The notes under the pieces: model-generated | What the model was told of the DNA's origin: nothing | Seen by the model: only the letters and a program-made list of their open reading frames with translations | Database searches by the model: none | NCBI RefSeq assembly: GCF_006345805.1 | Contig: NC_042999.1 | Location: forward strand, 62,372,001 to 62,436,000 | Length of the DNA: 64,000 nt | Origin: Octopus sinensis | Lineage: Eukaryota | Direction: 5' to 3' | In this document: positions 63,111-64,000 of the stretch, in pieces | Layout of the letters: every line of letters starts with the position of its first letter | Position numbering within the stretch: the first letter of the stretch is position 1 | Program-made: the position numbers and the translations under genes

Positions 63111-64000
63111 GAATTAAATATTTCCTACTCTAAAGCATCATTTACATATTTATATGATACTCAAATATATACCTGCTGAGACATATGAAGGCATTAACAC
63201 ACACACACATACATGGAGACATAAACACACACGTACACTCATGGGTATGTGTACTCACACATACCTTAAATAATAAATACGAAGTATACTGATCGACACT
63301 TTACATGTACTGTCTTCAATTGAACAATATTACATTTTTATATTTTCTTGCTTCTCTAAACATGTTTGTTAATCTTCACCAGTACCTTAACCCATTTCAT
63401 TTTGTCACAAAAGGCTTTCTGAATTCACTTCCCTGTACTATATACTATGCATTTTCCCAATCTTTCTCCAGATCAGAATTACCTGGAATTCTTTATTAAT
63501 CGTATCTTTACTTCCAGTTTGTAAATCAACTCAAGTTGAATGCAGAGTACAGTTACATTGTCCACTGATGTCTATCCTCCTATTTTGTAGACTGCATGGC
63601 CCCCTGTAGACTATAAGCACTTCTCTTTTTCCTTAGATTGATCAACAAAAAATAGTTTTGGGAAAACAAACTGGTCAGGACTTTTTGCAAATAAAAACAA
63701 TGCTTGATATAAAAAATATTAGGCATAAACTAGATAATCAGTTTGTATTTAGAGAAAACAATTTTAAAGTAGGCTTTCTTCCTTCATATCTTTGAAAAAA
63801 TATTGGTTATTCATGAAGTTTTCAGTAGCTGATGGTTTATAGAAATTAAATATAAAGAAATTGTCTATTGTTGTAATTTAGTACTTGAAAAATATGATAG
63901 TTGAATAAATGTAGAAACCTGGAAAATGCTTCTGATAAACTGCAATTCATTAGTGAAGTAATATAAAAATGTAGTTTATCATCATGACTAGTCTTCATCA

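Overview
AT-rich, repeat-dense animal genomic DNA. The repeat landscape (tRNA-headed SINEs with internal (TA)n/(TG)n, RTE 3' ends with (GAT)n tails) looks like octopus; this assignment is by recall, not by search. The only confidently identified host coding sequence is one 968-nt internal exon (48163-49130, +) of the presynaptic active-zone scaffold RIM (RIMS1/2, Rim, unc-10). A candidate 24-nt microexon lies at 61547-61570. The rest is probably intron, filled with several SINE families, RTE/Hero/R4-like/CR1-like LINE remnants, a deleted Tc1 element, piggyBac-type MITEs and foldback hairpins. Nearly all ORFs in the supplied track are artefacts of microsatellites or repeats. Main highlights: (1) two complete minimal type-I hammerhead ribozyme motifs (4706-4766 minus; 9240-9274 plus), plus two degenerate ones, mostly in short (TA)n-associated elements; (2) a near-perfect 76-95 bp stem hairpin at about 27.9-28.1 kb; (3) an inverted RTE pair flanking the RIM exon, a circRNA/editing-prone geometry; (4) cryptic splice signals supplied by antisense RTE 3'UTRs. 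All family assignments rest on manual translation and remembered motifs; no database search was run.
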